From the NCBI GenBank assembly GCA_973895155.1, contig OZ316897.1, positions 23,287,455-23,351,454 on the forward strand: DNA of 64,000 nt, given 5' to 3'. Both the position numbers and the translations under genes were made by a program. Source of the stretch: Marsupella aquatica. Taxonomy: Eukaryota > Plantae > Marchantiophyta. Below are positions 25,019 through 37,791 of the stretch, piece by piece (position 1 is the first letter of the stretch; each line of letters starts with the position of its first letter). The notes beneath the pieces were generated by a model. That model was not told the DNA's origin and searched no databases. It saw nothing but the letters and a program-made list of their open reading frames with translations.

Positions 25019-28000
25019 TGTGATGCCTAGACAGGAATCACTCGGCCGGTTAAGTGGGTAAAGCAGGAAGGCACCCTAGGAACACCTTAGTATAGGGACA
25101 AAACAAGGAAAATATAAACAATTAGGGGCAACCATGGAACCCGGGCAGAGGCCGGAGGTAAGGCTGAGGGTGAAAACCCGATTAGGGTTAGGGCGCGTTA
25201 AGCGTCGGCGGCTAGGAAGGATCAACGGGAAGAAGGACCGGCAGAGGAGAGGGGTAAGGAGCGCTTGCAGGAGATGGTGGCTCATTTGCGAGCACGAACT
25301 AGGCAGACGACTACGGGAGGCCAACTACTGTCAGCTGCTTAGGCAAGCACTCGGGGAGAGAGTAGATACCGACGATCGACCTAAGGAGGGTATGAGCAAC
25401 GTCAATCAAGCGGCACATTTCTGGGGATGCCTGTTCGAACGGGCAACTGAGTACATCAAGACTTACGAGGACGAGGAGTCAGAAAGGGCAGCTCGAGAAC
25501 GGCAGGAGCTCGCTCGATTGTGGGAGCTGCAGAAGACGGCTTTCTTAGGAGGCGAACTCATCAAGGACGAGTTCCTGTGGACGCCTACTTCCAATCAACT
25601 CGAAGATCTTCTGTTTTGCAAAGACAGCGTCGTCGGCATCCGAGAGGCCATCAAGAACTGCAACGACATACACTGGGAATTAAAGGGTAGCACGGAAAGG
25701 TGGACCCAGGCAACGGTGCTAGGAGAAACCTCCACGGCAGCAGAGATGAAGAGGAAGGGGGCCGTCAACGATGAAGCCACCCCGGCAAAAAGAATGAGGT
25801 CGGCGGCACCAAAGAGGCCAGCCGAGCAGCAGAGCAGGAGGCAGGGAGAAGCCAAAGAGGAGGAGGTCGATCCCATCAAGGCCATTCCAACCAGGGATGA
25901 CACCTGGAAGGGCTGGGCGGCAACCCTACCGGTGGAGGTGCAACTACATTTTGCACGGGAGGAGGATGCATGCTTTACGGCCATGCAGACCAAGAAGTAC
26001 CAAGGCTTCATGGCCGGATCCGGCTTGGAGGCCTTTGTAAGATTACCATGGCTGAAGCCGGAGGTACCGGAGTCAGACCTATTAGAATTCGTGGGGTCAT
26101 GGGAACCCGAGACCAATTGCACGAGGATATATGGGAAGGATTTCTATCTTACTCCCAAGGTAATTGCCGAAGTGTTTGGCTTGCCGATAGGCAATAAGAC
26201 CAAAGTTGATACCAGGAAGACCCTGCCTGACAAGGAGTTCCGGTCGTTCCCCGGACCATCAACGAAGAATGGCTTCTTCCGGAACACCTGCACCAACCCG
26301 CACATAGGAGAGATGATCGACTTCTTGTGGGTGACCATGCATTGTAACTTGCCGAGGGCAGAGATCGGCAAGGCACAGGTCTATCTGGCAGAAAGGCCAG
26401 ACCCAAGCCGGGACTACAACGGGTACCTCCTCAACCAATTGAAGAAGATCTTAAAGGAGGAGCAGCAGGTAATCGGCATGGGGAGCGTGTCGCGGCTTGG
26501 CTATCACATGCCGCTGTTGTGCCGGTATGCCAGAGGTCAGACTTTTGCCCCGGTACTTCCCCTGCAGGTAAGGGCACCCGAGGAAGCTCCAACGCCGAGG
26601 CCGTTGGCTGAGAAGCCTCAACCACCTGTTAGTCCTACGATCGAGCAGGTGTTTAGGCCCAGGAAGGAAGACTTGCCGATGCAGCAACCAGGCATGCAGA
26701 GTCTGCTGAAACTACTGGAGAAAGAAAAGAAATCGGCATCGGCAACAACAACGGCAACGGCAACAATGCAGGACACTACTACAGAGGTAGGCCTACACCG
26801 GCTCACAAGAGAAAACCCCTTTGCTAGAGACAAGGAGAGAATCAGGCCGGAATCCAAGCCAGGTGTTCGAATGTACGTGGGAACCTCAAGCTCCGAATCT
26901 GAGGCAGAATTGCCTGAAGCTCCTACCGACGAAGAGGAGAGGGAGAAGCCGGACGTCCAAGAGGTAGAGGAGGCAGTGGAGGACTGCAGCCATGATAATT
27001 CCGGCTATGGGTCGGACCATCACGTTCCAGGAGTAAGGACCTGTGGCCGGTTTGTCCCCACACTTCCAAGGGTAGTGCGAGGGGACCCCAACCAGCAGAG
27101 TAGCCCTGAGTCTCCCCCACCAGATGTTGCTCCCCCGAGCTTCGACGGCATAAAACAGACGGTGCAGGAATTTCAGGAGCGAATCAAGCAGGAGGAAGAG
27201 GCCGCCCTGGCTAAGGAAAAGGATTTACCAGGAGGAGATTGGCCGGAGAACATCAGGCGGCTAGCCGAAAAAGGAAGCAAACCTCTAGCCACGATTGAAG
27301 AGATCCGCAAGACGGCTTGGGAGCAGAGGCCACGATGGGCGATGCCGATCACTTCTACTTACTCCACCTACGCTAAGAATAGAGCCATGGAGTATGGTGA
27401 GATGTGTGGGGAACTTGCGCTCGGCATCTTTGGAGAGGAGTTGGAGGTAGGACCCTTTTTCCATAGGGAGCAGTTGGAGAAGCACCAATTAGAAGAAGCG
27501 GTGGCTTTAGAGAGAAGCAAGAAGGACGAGGTCATTCGACGGCTTAGGAGGATGGAAGCCGAGATTGAAGATCTAAGGGCGGCCAAGAAAGCCCAAGATG
27601 AACTGCGGATTAAACGACATGAACTGAACATCATGCAGGGGCAGTTGGACACCGCGCAGGCTGATAATCAGAATATCAAGGATAAACTAACTCAGACGCA
27701 GGGAGAGTTGGCCGACACGATCAAAGAGAGGGAGAAGTGGAAGCAAGAGCTGAAGAATACAGAGGAGGCCCACATAACAGCCAACAGCCGGGCCATGGCG
27801 GAGACCCAAAGAAGGGAATGGGCGTTGAAAGTGGAGCTCGAGAAAATCCGCGGAGCCCTTGAGCAGAAGGAGGTCGAGTTAGGGAAATCCTATCAAGGGA
27901 TTATGGCGCTGCAGCAGGAGCTTGCGTCCCTAACGGCCAGCTTCAAGGCCGACCTAAGGGAGAAGGACGAGATGCTCGAACAGACTTACGCCAAGATGAA

Positions 28001-29678
28001 CCAGATGGAGTCTGTCATCATTGCAGAGCTCGACAAGGAGCTAAGAGCAACCCAGGAGGAGAGGGCTACCTTGAAGAAGGAATTGGAGGAAGCCCACAGG
28101 GAGCAGGAGGAGGCCAAAAACGAGCTGGAGGGGGCACGTAAGGACCTGGATGAAACCCAAGAGGAGTTGGAGGAAATCACGAGGAAGATGGAGAACCTAC
28201 AGCGGCGGGCCGACAACCAAACAGAGCGGCTGAAGAAACAAGCCGCAGTATTTAAATGCTTAGCTGCAGCAGGTCCATCTCCCGTTGGGACAAACCAGTT
28301 ACCAGGGGTGGTAATTGCCGAAGGACAAGCTGCGCCAACTGCACCAGTGCCGGAAGTAAGTGGGAAGGGGAAGGGACCAGCTGCCGAGCCACCAACGAAG
28401 AAGAAGCGGAAACCTTCAGGGTCAAGGAGTAATACGACTTCACAGGCCGTGGTGATCAAGGAGGTAGACCCAGCACCGACCCCAGACAGGGTCACGGCTA
28501 AGGATCCAACTACCCTAGGGGAAGGGGAGGCCGAAGCCGAGGGAGTGGCTGAAGCCGAAGCCGTGGGAGTGGCTGAGGCCGAAGCCATGGGTATTGCCGA
28601 GGCCGGTGTTGAGGCTGAAGCCGAAGGTGGACCCAGTCAGGCCGATGGAGAGTTGACTCAGTCAAGGGCAGGTAATCTGTCAGAGAATGAACCTACGGCA
28701 GTGGCTGAGGAGGAAGCGTTGGGGGCGTCCATTAAGGATCCACCACCGGTGTCGTGACGGTGCAAGGGCGCCGTTCCTTTTAGGGAGGGCGGACGTGGAG
28801 GGAGGAGGCGTGAGTGGGCAGGGCGGGCGCGGATCTCCACGTTTAGGATTAGGATCAGAACCAGGAGCGGCCCTGACACTTAGCTTAGTGGGATTGCGGT
28901 CCCACTGGTAGGAGCAACACTTGTGCTCCTGCCTTGCTGTACATAGGTAGATTCAGGCAAGTAGATTACTGTTAAGTAGATTAGGCTTACGATGCAAAGA
29001 ATGGCGGATCCACTACCAGGATAAGTACCTGGGCAGCGGGGAGCTCAGGGCCTCTTCTTTAGCAAGTTTTTAGTTTGCACCAGCCGGGCTGGGATCAAGT
29101 AGTACGAGAAGCTCTCGGTTAGTCATACAGTGACCCTTGTGTATATTCATGTTTCCTCATGCCTAAGAGCTGAATAGAGTTGGCCTCACGGCTTAGTTCG
29201 CAGAACTTGTGTATGAGATGTACTGTTTGTATGGCAAGTGCATGGTATGACTCAGTCAGAATGAGTCATTTTGCTATTTGTGTGTTGCATTAACTTGTGT
29301 GAAGAGTGCCCACATCAACAGAAGGAAGGAAAGTAAGCAGGGGAGTGAGAGTTGGATGTGTCGAGCTGAGAGAGGTCTTAGCGGCTTAACCAAGCCTATT
29401 GGGGATCATTTCGGCGGCGGAATCCAAACATACCTAACAAGACGGAGGGGAAGACAGGGGAAGACAGGGGAAGGCCTATATTAGGCCGGCTACGTATCTC
29501 ATGACCCGATGAAGGATCTGTCCAGTATATGTGTGTAAAATGTTAATAGTAGTAGTAGAAGGTTAGCAGCGTCCCATGCCGCTAAGCCGCGGAAACGGCC
29601 TCGCCAAGCACGAAACCTGCGGGAATCGGCTTGAGCTGGGGGGTTTCTTGGGTTTAGGGAGCCATGGGACGCACCACA
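25019..29678 (+). mobile_element. Family A copy 2 (4660 bp), TG...CA, TSD GCAGA
   Basis: GCAGA at 25014-25018 and 29679-29683. The empty site ggcagagaactc is present in the sister copia LTR at about 34585. Confidence 0.95.
25134..28757 (+). CDS. Intact family A protein: basic N-terminus, plant-mobile-domain/transposon-protein-like region, long coiled coil, acidic tail
   Basis: 1207-aa uninterrupted ORF. EFVGSWEPETNCTRIYGKDFYLTPKVIAEVFGLPIG resembles the PMD consensus W.PET...G....T..V...GLP. The C-terminal half is heptad-rich in E/K/L. No RT, integrase or DDE motifs seen. Confidence 0.8.
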   Translation: MEPGQRPEVRLRVKTRLGLGRVKRRRLGRINGKKDRQRRGVRSACRRWWLICEHELGRRLREANYCQLLRQALGERVDTDDRPKEGMSNVNQAAHFWGCLFERATEYIKTYEDEESERAARERQELARLWELQKTAFLGGELIKDEFLWTPTSNQLEDLLFCKDSVVGIREAIKNCNDIHWELKGSTERWTQATVLGETSTAAEMKRKGAVNDEATPAKRMRSAAPKRPAEQQSRRQGEAKEEEVDPIKAIPTRDDTWKGWAATLPVEVQLHFAREEDACFTAMQTKKYQGFMAGSGLEAFVRLPWLKPEVPESDLLEFVGSWEPETNCTRIYGKDFYLTPKVIAEVFGLPIGNKTKVDTRKTLPDKEFRSFPGPSTKNGFFRNTCTNPHIGEMIDFLWVTMHCNLPRAEIGKAQVYLAERPDPSRDYNGYLLNQLKKILKEEQQVIGMGSVSRLGYHMPLLCRYARGQTFAPVLPLQVRAPEEAPTPRPLAEKPQPPVSPTIEQVFRPRKEDLPMQQPGMQSLLKLLEKEKKSASATTTATATMQDTTTEVGLHRLTRENPFARDKERIRPESKPGVRMYVGTSSSESEAELPEAPTDEEEREKPDVQEVEEAVEDCSHDNSGYGSDHHVPGVRTCGRFVPTLPRVVRGDPNQQSSPESPPPDVAPPSFDGIKQTVQEFQERIKQEEEAALAKEKDLPGGDWPENIRRLAEKGSKPLATIEEIRKTAWEQRPRWAMPITSTYSTYAKNRAMEYGEMCGELALGIFGEELEVGPFFHREQLEKHQLEEAVALERSKKDEVIRRLRRMEAEIEDLRAAKKAQDELRIKRHELNIMQGQLDTAQADNQNIKDKLTQTQGELADTIKEREKWKQELKNTEEAHITANSRAMAETQRREWALKVELEKIRGALEQKEVELGKSYQGIMALQQELASLTASFKADLREKDEMLEQTYAKMNQMESVIIAELDKELRATQEERATLKKELEEAHREQEEAKNELEGARKDLDETQEELEEITRKMENLQRRADNQTERLKKQAAVFKCLAAAGPSPVGTNQLPGVVIAEGQAAPTAPVPEVSGKGKGPAAEPPTKKKRKPSGSRSNTTSQAVVIKEVDPAPTPDRVTAKDPTTLGEGEAEAEGVAEAEAVGVAEAEAMGIAEAGVEAEAEGGPSQADGELTQSRAGNLSENEPTAVAEEEALGASIKDPPPVS

Positions 29679-30075
29679 GCAGAGAACTCAAACCAAAAAC
29701 AAAAGCACGTCGCCCTTGCTTCACATTGTGGCAAGTGGCAAGTGGCAAGTGATGGAGTGCGAACTGCAAAAGTGAAAACGTAACAAGCTAAAGAACTGCA
29801 GTAAAAGTAAAAAACACAATAGCCTACATCTAGACGGAGAACGACGAGAGGAACCCCGTGAGGAACCAGACATCAGATCCGGTCGAGCACAGAAGAGAAC
29901 AGGGCATTCCCTGTCACACTTCCCCCCGATCGACCACATTTGAAGAAGACAACAGCGGCAACGTTTGTAGACTCAGAAGTTGCACAAACCGACGAAAAGC
30001 TTCACCAGATAGAGGTTTTGTAAGACCATCAGCTGGCATGATTGTTGTCGACAAGTATCGAAGTGTCACAATACC

Positions 30076-33000
30076 CTATTGAACTTGTTCGTGAACAAAA
30101 TGCCATTGAATGTCAATGTGCTTGGTTTTCGCATGATGCTCAGGATTAATGGTCAGAGCTAACGCCGGTTTATTGTCGCCATAGATGACCACTGTGTGCA
30201 CATCAGGTGAAACAACTTGAAGTTCATGAAGTAAGCGCCGTAGCCACACCGCCTCCTTACAAGCAATTGAGTAGGCAACGTATTCTGCCTCGGTAGAGCT
30301 GGTGGCAATTAATGGCTGTTTGCGAGATTTCCAACTGATAGCCCCGCCTGCAAGTTTAAAAAGATAGCCAGAAGTAGACTTGCAATCGGTGGAGTTACTA
30401 GCATAAGATGCATCAGAGAAACCTTGAAAATTGAGAGAATGTACTTCAAGTCCCAGAGATGGTGTCAACTGATAGCGAATGCCAAGATTGAGAGTATGAT
30501 TGATATAGGCCATGATGTTGCGAATGCAGCTGTGATGCTCTGGTGCAGGATTATGTGCAAAATGTCCTAATCGTGCACAACGCTCAGCAATGTCAGGCCA
30601 TGTCCATACAGCCAGATACATTAACAATCCCACCATGGATTGGTAGTGATGACACTGATCAGGAGTCGCCTGCATAGGACTAGGCCGAAGATCATCAAGA
30701 CCCGTGGAAGGAGCTGTCATGGGTGCAGCATTTTCCATGTGAAACGTCGAACAATCTTTTGAGCATAGACATTTTGAGCAATGTAGAGAACACCAGCAGC
30801 ACGATTGCGATGAATAGTAAGACCCAAATATTTCGTAAGTTCTCCCATATCCCAAACCTCGTATTTAGACACCAGCATGGCCTTCATTCGAGCAATACCT
30901 TGCTTAGTAGGAGAGAGGCAAATGATATCATCAACCCAGAGAACTATTATATCCCCATTCTGATGTCGTAAAACGCATGGATCAGATGGAAGAGGAAAGA
31001 AACCATTTCGAGCAAGAAACTCGGTAATCTCAATGTACCAAAGGCGTGGTGATTGACGAAGACCGTAGAGGGCCTTCAGAAGGAGCCAAATTAAAAGAGC
31101 ACCATGAATGTCATAGGTCTCATATCCAGGCGGTGGACAAATATAGATGGGAGGTTGGCCTGCCATAAGTGCGTACAAAAAATCAGTAACAACATCAAAG
31201 CAATGAGCCTCAAGGTTGCCAGAGACCACGAGTGCCATGAGTAATCGAAAGGTCTCCGGACAAACTACGGAGGCAAAAGTATCGTGAAAATCTTCCCCCG
31301 GGTGTTGTTTATCCCCTCGAGCAACAAAACGGGCCTTATGAATCCCTGACCGTTTACGAGAATACATCCATTTAGACAGTAGCAAACGTGCACCAGGAGG
31401 AAGAGTAGTGAGCTTAGCCACGTTTAACTTCTGTAATTGATTGAGCTCAGTGAGCTCGGCAACACGCCATTTATCCACATCAGGTCGAGAGAGTGTCTCC
31501 CGATGTGTTTTAGGGACATCATCATCGGCTGAAGAAAAAAGCGCCGCTGAATAAGAGTATACCAGAGATGATGGAAGATGTGCCAGCATTGTATAGGCAT
31601 TCATTGTGGCATTGTACCGAGAAGGAGGAATCCCCTTATTTGTCCGAGCAGAGCGACGGAGCTCCGAGGGCGTGGTAGCAAGAGCTGCTTCAAAATCATG
31701 TTGAAATTCATCACCAGATGGATTCCTGATTGGCGGTGCCATTGTGACAAGCGGAAGTGGAATCGGAATCACAAGATCAGAAGCAGAGTGATCAGTAGAC
31801 GAGATGACAGCATCCAAAACAGGTGTTATTGTAGACTTGGATGGCATCGGAGGTCCATTAGAGAGTGGAGAACTAGTACCACTAGCCGCAGGCGCCAAAA
31901 TTGAAGCAACCGGAGTCGGAAGAGACAATGGTGACTGAAGAAGAGGCAGAGGTGACTCAGAAGATACTAGAACAACATCCAATGTTGAATCCGTAGCCGG
32001 AACATCGGAAGAAGAGTCCTCATAGAGTGTTGGACAGTTCTCGGGTGAAATAGCCAGGAGTCGAGGCGTTTCATCAAAAGTAACATAGGCAGAAATGGTG
32101 ATCAAATTTTGCCGTGGCATCCAAATCCGATAATTCAGACCATCATCATACCCAACCAAATAGCCTTGTTGAGCACGTGGCTCGAACTTCTCCCCTCTGG
32201 GCCATGTTTCAGGAGGAATGTGAACATATGCTACTGCTCCAAAAACTTTCAGATGACCAAAATTGGATATCTCAGGGAGTGCCATGACCTTTCGTAAACA
32301 TGATATAGGTGAGACAAGGTCCGAATGAGCCGTCGTAGGAAGATGATTGGTAAGATAGACCGCAGTCCTAATTGACTCGGGCCAAAGTAGAGTTGGTAAT
32401 TTTGAATCCAAGAGCATAGCTCGGGCCTTCTCCGTGATGATACCATTTGATCGCTCGGCGATGCCATTCTGAGTGTGATGGTAAGGGGCCGAGTGTACCA
32501 TGCGACTACCCTTCTCCGCAAGAAAATTCTGAAACAAAATGCTGCCAAATTCGGTGCCATTATCACAAAAAACTTCTGAAATAGTCGATGAGTACTGATT
32601 GGCAATGGCCGCAAAGAATTGTTGTATGATAGCAACCGATTCACCCTTGTTATGGAGACAGGATGTCCAGCGATAGCGGGTATGATCATCAGTGATTAGA
32701 AGAAAATATTTCATACTACCAATGCCTAGAGAAGACATCGGTCCACACAGATCAAGATGTATTCGCTGAAAAGGTTTGGAAGCACGAGTGTGTTGTTCTT
32801 GACAGATTATACGAGCAGACTTGGCCAGAGCACAGGCATCACATGATGTAAACAGAGCAGAATCAGTAAGTCGGATCCCCTCGCTCTGAATGAACTGTTT
32901 CACACCGTCAATGTGTAGGTGCGCCAAGCGCCTATGAAGAGTATTGATATTGACAGATTGAAGAGAGATAGTACTGTTATGATGGTCATTAGCAAGAGCC

Positions 33001-34360
33001 AATTGAACATGGAAAACCTTAAGGCCATCAACCTTTTGAATACGAGCAAACTCTTGACCACTAGGAAGAAGTACAAATTTGGAGTGCCAGCCTTGCCAAT
33101 ACACACCCCGTTGTTCAAGAAGATGTTCAGAGATTGTGTTGAGAACACTTGTAGGCATATAGCGTACATGATTTAGACGAAGAGGCCGAAATGTTTGTCA
33201 GTGCATTGGACATGCAGATCAATGTTACCGTATCCCGGAGATATGATTGACCCCGCCCCGGTATTAATGGAGATAGGATCAACAATGTATTGCTGTAACA
33301 ACTTTTCATTATTGCAAAAATGGTGATTTGCCCCTGAGTCAGCAATCCATGTATCCTGATCAATGGTGAATGCGGCTGCTGAATGAGCTTGATGCGCGAA
33401 CTGAACAAAATTAAACACGTCCAGCAACAATGATTCGATTGGAGTGGGAATTGAGGTAGATGCCTGAACATTGTTGACACCTCTTAGCCGCTCCTGTATT
33501 CTCTGCATTGTGATAGTATTTGGTTGCCATCCCGGACGACGGAGATGAACGTATTTGTAGTAGCACGTCTCTTCCCGATGTCGGGGCAGACGACAGTATG
33601 GACAGATCTCCTTGCGCGGTGCAGCATTAGAAGGAGCAATGGAAGTAACAATGGAAGATGCCATAGCCACTTGTAGTGTAGGTGGCTCACGCTCAGTCTT
33701 ACGGCGCCATTCATCCTTCGCTTCAAAGATGAGAAGATCTAGGGAAGGTGCATTATTAGGATCACGGCGCATTAGCTCCCGCTTTGAGAACGCCCATTGA
33801 TCAAAGTGTCCATCCATAATATGAATGAATTGCATAATTTGAACTGTAGGATCGATTGTAATCCCAGCAGCAGTGCAACGATCAATGGCTTCACGATAAG
33901 AAATGCCAAACAACTCCATCTCTTCCCCACGATAATGTAGCTTCACAAAATGAACCCAATTATCATGTTTCTGTAGCAAACCTTGAGGTTGATACGTCTT
34001 CTTTAGATGATCCCAACACTCTTTAGCCGTAGTGATTGTGGCTAAAGAAGTCTGGATATGTGGTTTGCACGTAGAAAGAATGAGCATGCGCGCATGAGCA
34101 CCCTGTGCAGTGTAGGTCTCCAGACGCGCCTGAAAGTGGTAATCTCGTTCATCAACATCTTGTATCGGTGGAATAGCCATTCCGTCCACAAATTTCCAAA
34201 CACTACCAGCGGCTAAACTTGCAGAAACGAGCATCTGCCAAGATTCATAGTTGGAGTTTCCATCGAGTTTTGGAACGAAATGACTAGTATCGCGATAAGA
34301 GAAAGACATGATTTCAGATAGTTGAACAAGAGAGAAGAATTCTAGCAGGAAAGAATGCAA
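30076..34360 (-). pseudogene. Copia gag-pol polyprotein, disrupted
   Basis: Gag (KLDGNSNYESW), protease WIADSGANHH, LHRRLAH..CDAC, integrase (IHLDLCGP, DNGTEF, QNGIAER), RT (HKARFVARG, LLKALYGLRQSPR, WVDD), RNase H (FSDASYA, STEAEY, KHIDIQWHFV). Split by a stop near 33173 and a frameshift near 30750. Confidence 0.95.
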
Positions 34361-35149
34361 GTCTTACACAAATGGAATGGTTCCAAGAAGAATCAAAAAA
34401 TTCTAGGCCCATAACCTGTGATTCGTTAGAACAAAGACACAAAATGTGCAAGACATGAGAGCGTACACGAGAGCGCTAGGAAAAGCAGTATTCAGTATTC
34501 CGTAGATGAACTGCAACTCCCCCAAAGGGCAAAGATAAAGGGCACGATCAACCCCGCAAATAGGAGAGCCCAAGCCAGGGCGCGGCAGAGAACTCAAACC
34601 AAAAACAAAAGCACGTCGCCCCGCACGTCGCCCTTGCTTCACATTGTGGCAAGTGGCAAGTGATGGAGTGCGAATTGCAAAAGTGAAAATGTAACAAGCT
34701 AAAGAACTGCAGTAAAAGTAAAAAACACAATAGCCTACATCTAGACGGAGAATGACGAGAGGAACCCCGTGAGGAACCAGACATCAGATCCGGTCGAGCA
34801 CAGAAGAGAACAGGGCATTCCCTGTCACACCATCCAACAGTCTGTTCATATTTGAACTTAACCTTTCGAGTTAAGTATGTCAATGTAATTTTTTTTAAAA
34901 CAAGTTGAACTCCGAAATAGACATAAAGATCATCACTAAAGCACTTGGAAAGGAGTTTAACTTTCAATTTCAATCATGGGTATGGACATTGGGAGTCATT
35001 GGTATCTCAGATAAACATACAAAATTGGCACCATAACCAACTTACAAGGTTGGCAATAATTTCAGGGAGACTTGCCAACTTTTCAAAAAAGCCAAGTCTA
35101 TAAAGACATGATATCCAACCTTATCGGGGTAACATGACTGTGCCACTGA

Positions 35150-35780
35150 CTCCCCTAAACCCCTAAACCCCTAAACTCCAACCGTACTTAAATATATATA
35201 TAAAAACCGTACTTAAAAGTGAGGGAGATTGGGTTGGGGGAGTTGTGTGTTGGGGGTGGAGGGAGTTTGGGAGTTTGGTTGGGGAGGAGTTGACAGAGCG
35301 AGTTTGAGTTTAGGGGGTTTGGTCAGGGGTTGAGGGAGACGGTTTGGAGTTTAGGGTTTAGCATTTAGGGTTTAGGGAGTTTGGGTTGAGGGGGTTGGGG
35401 AGTGGTGTAGTGGGGGTTTAGAGAGTTTGGAGTGAGGGAGATTGAGTTGGGGGAGTTGTGTGTTGGGGGTGGAGGGAGTTTGGTTGGGGAGGAGTTGACA
35501 GAGCGAGTTTGAGTTTAGGGGGTTTGGTTGGGGAGGAGTTGACAGAGCGAGTTTGAGTTTAGGGGGTTTGGTAGGGGGTTGAGGGAGACGGTTTGGAGTT
35601 TAGGGTTTAGGGAGTTTGGGTTGAGGGGGTTGGGGAGTGGTGTAGTGGGGGTTTAGGGAGTTTGCAGTGAGGGAGATTAATTGGGTTGGGGGAGTTGTGT
35701 GTTGGGGGTGGATGGAGTTTGGGATTTTGGTTGGGAAGGAGTTGACAGAGCGAGTTTGAGTTTAGTGGGTTTGGTCTGTA
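35150..35780. repeat. Degenerate G-rich, telomere-like (TTTAGGG-containing) repeat block
   Basis: cccctaaa x3 at 35152-35175, followed by opposite-strand gagtttagggtttag and ggggagttg repeats in longer duplicated units. Confidence 0.75.
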
Positions 35781-37480
35781 CATATCTTCTCCTCACTGCG
35801 CGTGCAATGAGGCCGGTCTTCTAGCCATTTCAGGGTATTTAGGGAGCCTAGTGCACAGTCTCCTACATGCAGTGCATGGTCTTGACGTTTCAACATTTGG
35901 ACTCCCACAACATTATTATTAAAACCTTTAAACTCCATCTGGAGGTCTGAACGGCCGTCCTTGAGCCCGGCCCATTCCCCTTGACCTGACCAGCTATCAG
36001 CTATTAGCTAGTCCAAGTCCTTAGTGTGTGTCCCCAGATTGGCTCCTTGCCTCGCTAGTGCTACGTCTCATTGCCCACAAGTCTCCCCATGCTAAGTCCT
36101 CCCTGGACGGCCTATCCGGGCCTAGACCATAAGGGAGCTTGGCGTCGGAGTCGGCAACGCCGGAGCTAAGTGTTAAGGTAGTCAAGTTACGCAACTATGC
36201 ACTAAACAACGAGATGATGTGAGCACACAACTTCAGTTGTTCATATTAGAGTCACTGAGCAGGTTGGAAGACCTTCAACGAGCACTTGTAGAATAGACAA
36301 GGCTGAAGGCGGAATACGCAGTTGCTCACAAAGCTTTGAAGGAGAACAAAATATGCATGGGGGAACTGAGAAATGAGGTAGCAAAGTGCACTGCCAAACG
36401 CAATACTCAGCGCACTAACGTGGAGTCTTTGAAATTGGACTTAGAGCGTACAATGGCAGAGCTTGAACAGGTGCATTGTAGATTGGGCGAGAATGTAGAC
36501 TTGCAACAAATAGTTTTGACTCAGAAAGTAGAATTAAAATTCAAGGATGACCAATTGCACATAGCTCTTGCAAAGGTTCAAGAGTTGGAATGTACAGTGA
36601 GGAATTTGAAGAGAAAGTAGGTGTTGAACGCTGAACCAGTTATACCGTTCATCGCGGAACCAAGGAGGCAAGCTCATGGACGTCCATTACTTGGTTCAAC
36701 CTCCAACAATGAAATGCAACAGTGCCATGCAAAAATCGCGTATAGAGGGATGAGACTACAAGTTGTTCTCTATCTGTGGTCTTGCAATTGACTCGTATTA
36801 ATTTGGAGGATCCCCCAAAAAGGCGACAATCTGTTGCGGTCGTTCGATAATGAAGGGGATAGCTCGGATCATGTTGACATTGATGCTACCTCCGTGCATC
36901 GTACAATCACAGATTCATGTTCCAATTTAGATTTAGATTCAGAGATGGACTTTCCCCGAGTCCGAGTCCAACCTTTTTTGAAAATAGAGGTACGAGTGAG
37001 TAAACTGACCATGTTGCAGCATCTTGTCCAAATACTTAGTTTGGATGAGCAGAGCCAGTTAAGAAGGCTGACTGTTATTCTGTGACCATTGCAGGAATAC
37101 ATCGATGATAGGGACTTCACAAGAGAAGCAAGCCCACCAGATGGGCTTATGCAAAATGTGACAATTTACCAACATCAACGGAAAGATCTATTTTGGATGT
37201 TGTCGAGGGAAAGTGGCGATTCCGAATGTTTTGGGGGCATTTTGGCAGATGACCAGGTAAAACCCTAAAGCTCACTTCATTTCCTAATGTTGAGTGGGCT
37301 GCGCATTGACTTTAGGGTCATCATGTGTTTTGTGGTGTGAACTTGGAATTTTCTTTCCCATTGCATGAAATGAACTAACTGTATTTGTTGGTGGGGAATG
37401 GGGAAGACAATTCAACTCTTAGTCACCAATCGACCACCCAGAAGCAAGACCCTTATCATTTGTCCGAGAAGGAGGGTTTT

Positions 37481-37791
37481 CACCGTGACAGCAAATAGCA
37501 AACAGATTTACTCTTACGAGCAAAACTTTTCCTGTTATGAGCAAAAATTTACTGTTACGAGCAAACTAGACAATCCTAAAAATGTGTCATTAACAGTCAC
37601 AATTTTCAAAATAATTTAAAACATGACATTTTTTTGCTAGTGTAAGGCGATACTATTACTAGCTCCGGGCGCTAGCCAAAAAATATCGACTCACAATTTG
37701 TTTTTAATATTTTTTCCCGCAAAATAAATTCCAAATTTTTTTCCACCCATTTGCTGTTACGAGTAACTGTTTGTTGTTTGCTGTCACGGTG
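37481..37791. mobile_element. CACTA-like terminus and subterminal inverted repeats
   Basis: tttttttgcTAGTG ends at 37642 (reverse CACTAGCAAAAAAA). Repeated ctgttacgagcaaa motifs. Inverted pair caccgtgacagcaaa (37481) and tttgctgtcacggtg (ending 37791). Confidence 0.5.

Larger units (their letters stand above)
24846..34829 (-). mobile_element. Ty1/copia LTR retrotransposon, full length but degenerate, with family A inserted in its 3' LTR
   Basis: LTRs of about 413 bp (34417-34829, and 24846-25018 plus 29684-29918) with TG...CA ends. Flanks CCATT/CCATC (4/5 TSD). PBS GGTTATGGGCC at 34416-34406 and PPT GGGGGGAAG at 29927-29919. Domain order gag-PR-IN-RT-RH. Confidence 0.95.

Noticed and set aside
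35150-35780. True telomere or chromosome fusion site
   Set aside because: The repeats are highly degenerate and organised in longer units, more like TE-internal low-complexity sequence.
36336-37120. Short coiled-coil and other ORF fragments
   Set aside because: No recognisable domain. Probably decayed TE sequence, but I cannot support a call.
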